Positions 60,719 through 64,000 of a DNA stretch of 64,000 nt are shown piece after piece. Origin of the DNA: Phoronis australis. Its lineage: Eukaryota > Animalia > Phoronida. The notes below the pieces were generated by a model. That model saw only the letters and a list, made by a program, of their open reading frames with translations, made no database searches and was not told where the DNA came from. The stretch spans positions 1,444,944 to 1,508,943 of the forward strand of contig NMRA01000017.1 of assembly GCA_002633005.1 (NCBI GenBank). The letters are read 5' to 3'. Every line of letters starts with the position of its first letter. Position 1 is the stretch's first letter. Position numbers and translations under genes: made by a program.

Positions 60719-60912
60719 AAATGACGACGAGTGGTACAAATACAGACGCTCTATTGCTAGTAAGATCTTGACGTATGAAACCTTGATGAACTACGACGAT
60801 GACGTCAATGAAGTTGTCGTAGATTTCACGGAGAGGTTAAGAGGGCTTCGAGATCCCAGTAGCATGACGGTGCCAAATATAATCAAAGAATTTCACCGGT
60901 GGTCTTTCGAAA
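60719..60912 (+). CDS. Mitochondrial-clan CYP exon (C-helix WxxxR)
   Basis: DEWYKYRRS...NEVVVDFTERLRGLR...RWSFE. Confidence 0.93.
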
Positions 60913-61333
60913 GTAAGTACGTCTAAAACCTGCCCTTCCACAGTTTGTAAATGTGATGAAATTTCATTCATTCCAATTTCCTACCAGCGGATTGTGGAAT
61001 AAGAGGGTATTTTAGTTAGGTTAATGTCCCTATTCATAAAATGTCAGTTAATAGGCTACAAAACGTGTGAGCAGAGTCAGGTAAGGGTTTGCAAATGAGT
61101 GCACTTCAGTTTTAAGTGTTATTTTGCACGTCGAAACTATTTTTTCGCTGACTGAGGTAAACGTGCCAGAAGAAAGATTTTTATCCAGGAAACTAAATCC
61201 ACCTACGTTTGATAACGAAAAGGGGGGTCTATTAGGTGTCCCAATACGACTTTGTTACAACTACTGTCAAAATACTTAACGACGAGTTCGTACACTCAGA
61301 CGTGTATTTATGACCGACGTTGCTTATTTATAG

Positions 61334-61540
61334 CAATAAGCTTGATCATTTTCGAAAGACGATTTGGCGCTTTGGAAGACCCACTGCATAAACCAACTAA
61401 AGAGTTTATCGATGCCGTGGGTGAAATGTTTGCTACAAAACTAGCGACTTATACTTGTCTTGGGCCAGATGTTCACTTCCAGTTCAACACGAAGTATTGG
61501 AAGAGGCATTGTGTAGCCTGGGACACCATATTTCGGACCG
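61334..61540 (+). CDS. Mitochondrial-clan CYP exon
   Basis: ISLIIFERRFGAL...EFIDAVGEMF...TKYWKRHCVAWDTIF; the WxxHxxAWDxIF motif is typical of CYP11/24/27. Confidence 0.93.
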
Positions 61541-62158
61541 GTAAGAAATTCATTTGTGTTTTGTGGTGTATATTTGAGTGTAGGAAATGAGGAAATGACA
61601 AGTAGTTCATTACCGATGTAATTTTCGCATCTAATTCATTAGCGATATTATTATCCCGCTTTCATGATTTAGGTCTGAATTTTCCTTTTAAAAGGCAAAA
61701 ACATTTCAACAACATGAGTTAGTCGGGTCGGAACAGGGAACATTACTTTGACCTGGATTTTTGAAATTCTCATGGCATGTACATGACGATTTTTGTTGTT
61801 CTAGAAGAAATTTTTGCCACGTACTCTTTTGCGCCATCATACTAGAAACCATCCTGGGAATTTGATGAAAATCATTATGTCAGAGATATGTTATCATCTA
61901 GAGATAAATCGTATGCAATGGTTTAAAGAGACAATAATTGGCGAAAATGATAAAATTGCGAAAGTTAAAGTGAATTACTCAGACAACACTCCAACAGTTG
62001 ACCGAAACTTTTTCACAAAAATATTTGTTGGGTGTTTTCGTTTATTTTTATTAAGCCTACTACCTCTCCTGATTCCAGTTGATTCAAGATTGTCTCTGTT
62101 CATTTTTTCATAGTTTTTATCCAAAAATAAAGTAATTATAGTTGTTCATTTCTTTCAG

Positions 62159-62331
62159 CTAGACTTTATATCGACGAGAAAGTAAATACTATTAACCTGA
62201 ATAACACAACTGGAACGACGAGTGGTCAAGGGATTGGACAGTTCTTGACAAGGCTTGTGCATGACAGAGAACTCAGTTCCAGAGAAATATATGCGAACGT
62301 AGCTGAACTAATGCTTGGGGCTGTAGATACG
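62159..62331 (+). CDS. Mitochondrial-clan CYP exon (I-helix)
   Basis: ELSSREIYANVAELMLGAVDT. Confidence 0.93.
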
Positions 62332-62678
62332 GTAAGATGTAAAAAAGTAACGAGGACCACATCTAGTTTTATCATAGAATTGGAAGAATTTTAAAGCTGG
62401 GTTCCAGTTTTGCCACTGGTATGACAATGTATTCTTTTTGAAGTAATTACAAATTATGTTTGCGTTTTTCTAAAGCGAATTCACTATTTTGCAACAAAAA
62501 TGAGTGCGCTCCAACACTGAAAAACAGAAAAATTAAATATTTTCCTGACTGGACCAACCTACCCATCACAGAGGACTAGTTGTAGGGTGGCGGAAACAAA
62601 GAATATGTTAAGCACGCTTTTAAAAATACTTTGGCATGGTTGGTCTTTGGTTGTCGTATATTATAAGTTCTGTTTTAG

Positions 62679-62836
62679 ACTACCAACACAATGTGTTTCA
62701 CGCTAGACTATTTAGCTAGACATCCACGAGTTCAGGAAAAACTTCAGCACGAAGTAGACACTGTTTTGAAGGGACGAATGGCGACAGGTAAAGACGGATT
62801 ACCTTACTTGAACATGGTTCTGAAAGAGTCTATGAG
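62679..62836 (+). CDS. Mitochondrial-clan CYP exon (K-helix ExxR)
   Basis: TTNTMCFTLDYLARHPRVQEKLQHEV...LPYLNMVLKESMR. Confidence 0.93.
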
Positions 62837-63295
62837 GTAGGCATATAGATACAATGGATTATAGTTACAATGGTGCCTAAGTAAATCTACAGAAACCATT
62901 TAGTACCTGAAATTGCTGTAAATATTGTACGCACAATAGTCTACTTTCGAGATCACACCAAACATGTAATTTGCCCAACTTTCCAAAATAAACAGCCAGA
63001 AGTCAGCCAGTGTCAGACAAAAACGAACGTCAGGCTTCAGAATAATTGTAACTCGTATGTTTTAACACCTTTCTGCTCTATCAGAAAAACACTCGTTTCC
63101 CCGGACTATACACTAGTGCCACCAGTAAGCCTACATTTCAATGTGGAGCCAATTTTATATCGATGGCGATATTTATGTCGCTGTTGCTAGCGCTCTCTCT
63201 GAAATCGAGTCTAGAGAGAAAGTTGACCGCTCATCCGTCCGTTGGTAGTCTTTTCGTTGTTCGCATATCCGTCATCTTGTCTGTTTTCGTTACAG

Positions 63296-63374
63296 ACTAA
63301 GTCCTGTTGTCCCTTTGTACGTCAGGTCGCTATCTCGTCCCGCGCTCATCGGAGGGTATCAAGTTCCAGCAGAT
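63296..63374 (+). CDS. Mitochondrial-clan CYP exon (79 nt); PERW and heme-Cys exons lie beyond the window
   Basis: RLSPVVPLYVRSLSRPALIGGYQVPAD; phases are consistent across all seven exons. Confidence 0.92.
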
Positions 63375-64000
63375 GTAAGTGCACATGTGTCAATTAATGA
63401 TAATTCCGTAGATCCGATGTCTAAAGCCTCAGTTGAGCCTGTATAGCTCCCCGAACAATTAACAAAATGGGGTGGGCCGGGATTGACGGCAGTTTTGTAG
63501 ACTAGATGGGAAGTGATTGCCACAAATGGTATTCAGTAGTTCCCTGAAGTTGTTTAAAGCGAGTCCTGAAATTTAGCCTCTGCTCTTGTCTACAAAGAAA
63601 GGGAATTGCCGCCATTTTAAGAGCACATCCTACTTGAGTCTTGAATTATTGGCGCTAATCCAAGTACCCTTCTGAAAGTGGAAATTGTCAAAAATCTGGT
63701 TGGTAATGATATATTATATTTTAACCTGAATTTCTGGAATTTAGTGAAAGAGCATTCAGATGATGGTATCTTTTCTTGCACCGGGAACTCGTGAATTTAG
63801 GTAAAGTATTCCAAAATTGCACTTTTTGTCACTTTTGGCACCTCGAACTTTTTTACGGTGGATGAGCATCCTCGGGTACAATAGAATAGAACATAATACC
63901 GTTACAGAATGTTCACTTCACATCGCAGTGCATGGCAAGGATCTGTAAACCTAACAACTATCTACAGCAACTCCAGCCTTTATGCTCCTGAGTATGCAGC

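Overview
Eukaryotic, AT-rich, intron- and transposon-rich genomic DNA. The gene and TE content suggests a marine invertebrate, probably a lophotrochozoan (inference). Four plus-strand spliced genes were reconstructed by hand: (1) the large last exon of a cysteine-type LRR (FBXL/AMN1-like) protein, 452-1708; (2) a complete 9-exon UBLCP1 gene (ubiquitin-like domain CTD phosphatase 1, 335 aa), 18831-44382; (3) a 2-exon GPI-anchored Ly6/uPAR (quiver/sleepless-like) gene, 53672-55996; (4) the first seven coding exons of a mitochondrial-clan cytochrome P450, 58134 to beyond the window. Most of the rest is nested or decayed TEs: Gypsy and BEL/Pao relics, a non-coding LTR element with a tRNA-Ser PBS holding two nested DNA transposons, solo LTRs, CR1/L2-type LINEs, an Academ relic, a Penelope inverted duplication, hAT/pogo MITEs, Helentron-like repeats and foldbacks. 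The most striking structure is a CCC...GGG, 2-bp-TSD EnSpm/CACTA-like element whose TCCTATAGGA subterminal array carries an Ingi-like RT-RNase H LINE with a 652-codon open frame. No CRISPR array, rRNA or tRNA gene was found. All identities were judged by eye.
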